A stretch of 64,000 nucleotides of DNA, taken from Squalus acanthias. Taxonomy: Eukaryota. The stretch is from NCBI GenBank assembly GCA_030390025.1, contig CM059438.1:56112001-56176000 (forward strand). Direction: 5' to 3'. Made by a program: the position numbers and the translations under genes. A model generated the notes under the pieces. It was not told where the DNA came from and did not search any database. It saw only the letters and a list, made by a program, of their open reading frames with translations. Below, one piece after another: positions 63,307 through 64,000 of the stretch; positions within the stretch are counted from its first letter, which is position 1; every line of letters starts with the position of its first letter.

Positions 63307-64000
63307 CCCCCCATACCCTTTAATATCCCAGCCAGTCTAATCCCACTCTCCCGCTCAATCCCCACACCCTTTAATATCCCACCCTGTCTAATCACACTCT
63401 CCCGCTCACTCCCCATATCCTTTAATATCCCACCCAGTCTAATCCCACTCTCCTACTCACTCCCCATACCCTTTAATATCCTTCCAGTCTAATCCCCCTC
63501 TCCTGCTCACTCCCCATACCCTTTAATATCCCACCCAATCTAATCCCACTGTCCCGCTCACTCCCCATACCCTTTAATATCCCACCCAGTCCATCCCACT
63601 CTCATGCTCATTCCCCATACACTTTAATATCCCACCCAGTCTACTCCCACTCTCCCGCTCACTCCCCATACCATTTAATATCCCACCCAGTCCAATCCCA
63701 CTCTCCCTCTCACTCCCCATAGCCTTTAATATCCCACCCAGTCGAATCCCACTCTCCCGCTCACTCCCCACACACTTTAATAACCCACCCAGTCTAATCC
63801 CACTCTCCCGCTCACTCCCCACACCCTTTAATATCCCACCCAGTCTAATCCCACTCTCCCGCTCACTCCCCACACACTTTAATATCGCATCCAGTCTAAT
63901 CCCACTCTCATGCTCACTCCCCATACCCTTTAATATCCCACCCAGTCTAATCCCACTCTCCCTCTCACTCCCCATAGCCTTTATTATCCCACCCAGTCGA

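Larger units (their letters stand above)
26857..64000. repeat. 51-bp satellite array, right part (runs off the window)
   Basis: Same consensus and orientation as 11000-22018; resumes in register after the TSD. Confidence 0.99.

Noticed and set aside
11005..63975. Dozens of ORFs with GSERESGIRLGGILKGV or PSLIPLSRSLPTPFNIP repeats
   Set aside because: Translation of a 51-bp (17-codon) satellite; frames break at random indels on both strands with no unique coding flanks.
11000..64000. Telomeric or degenerate TTAGGG array
   Set aside because: CTAATCCC only superficially resembles CCCTAA; the true period is 51 bp.

Overview
Eukaryotic, repeat-dominated vertebrate DNA. The CR1/L2 LINE families and Penelope-type palindromes look like those of cartilaginous fish (inference). 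No confident host gene is present. Bases 1-11,000 are a mosaic of decayed CR1 and L2 LINE pieces, including a three-level nest (L2 > CR1 > hammerhead-bearing palindrome), three minisatellites (15 bp, 67 bp, 20/22 bp) and some unique sequence. From ~11,000 to the window end lies a 51-bp C-rich satellite array (~900 monomers) with higher-order repeats; its monomer resembles the ORF2-stop/3'UTR region of CR1 LINEs. The array is interrupted by two things. First, a nearly intact, apparently full-length 4.8-kb CR1 (22019-26856, minus strand) in which ORF1 (Zn finger + SGNH esterase) is fused in frame to the ORF2 endonuclease and whose 5' end is a 74-bp tandem monomer array carrying splice and promoter motifs. 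Second, six co-oriented copies of a ~219-bp non-satellite cassette carrying a CTCF-like motif. Almost all ORFs in the supplied track are artefacts of repeat periodicity.
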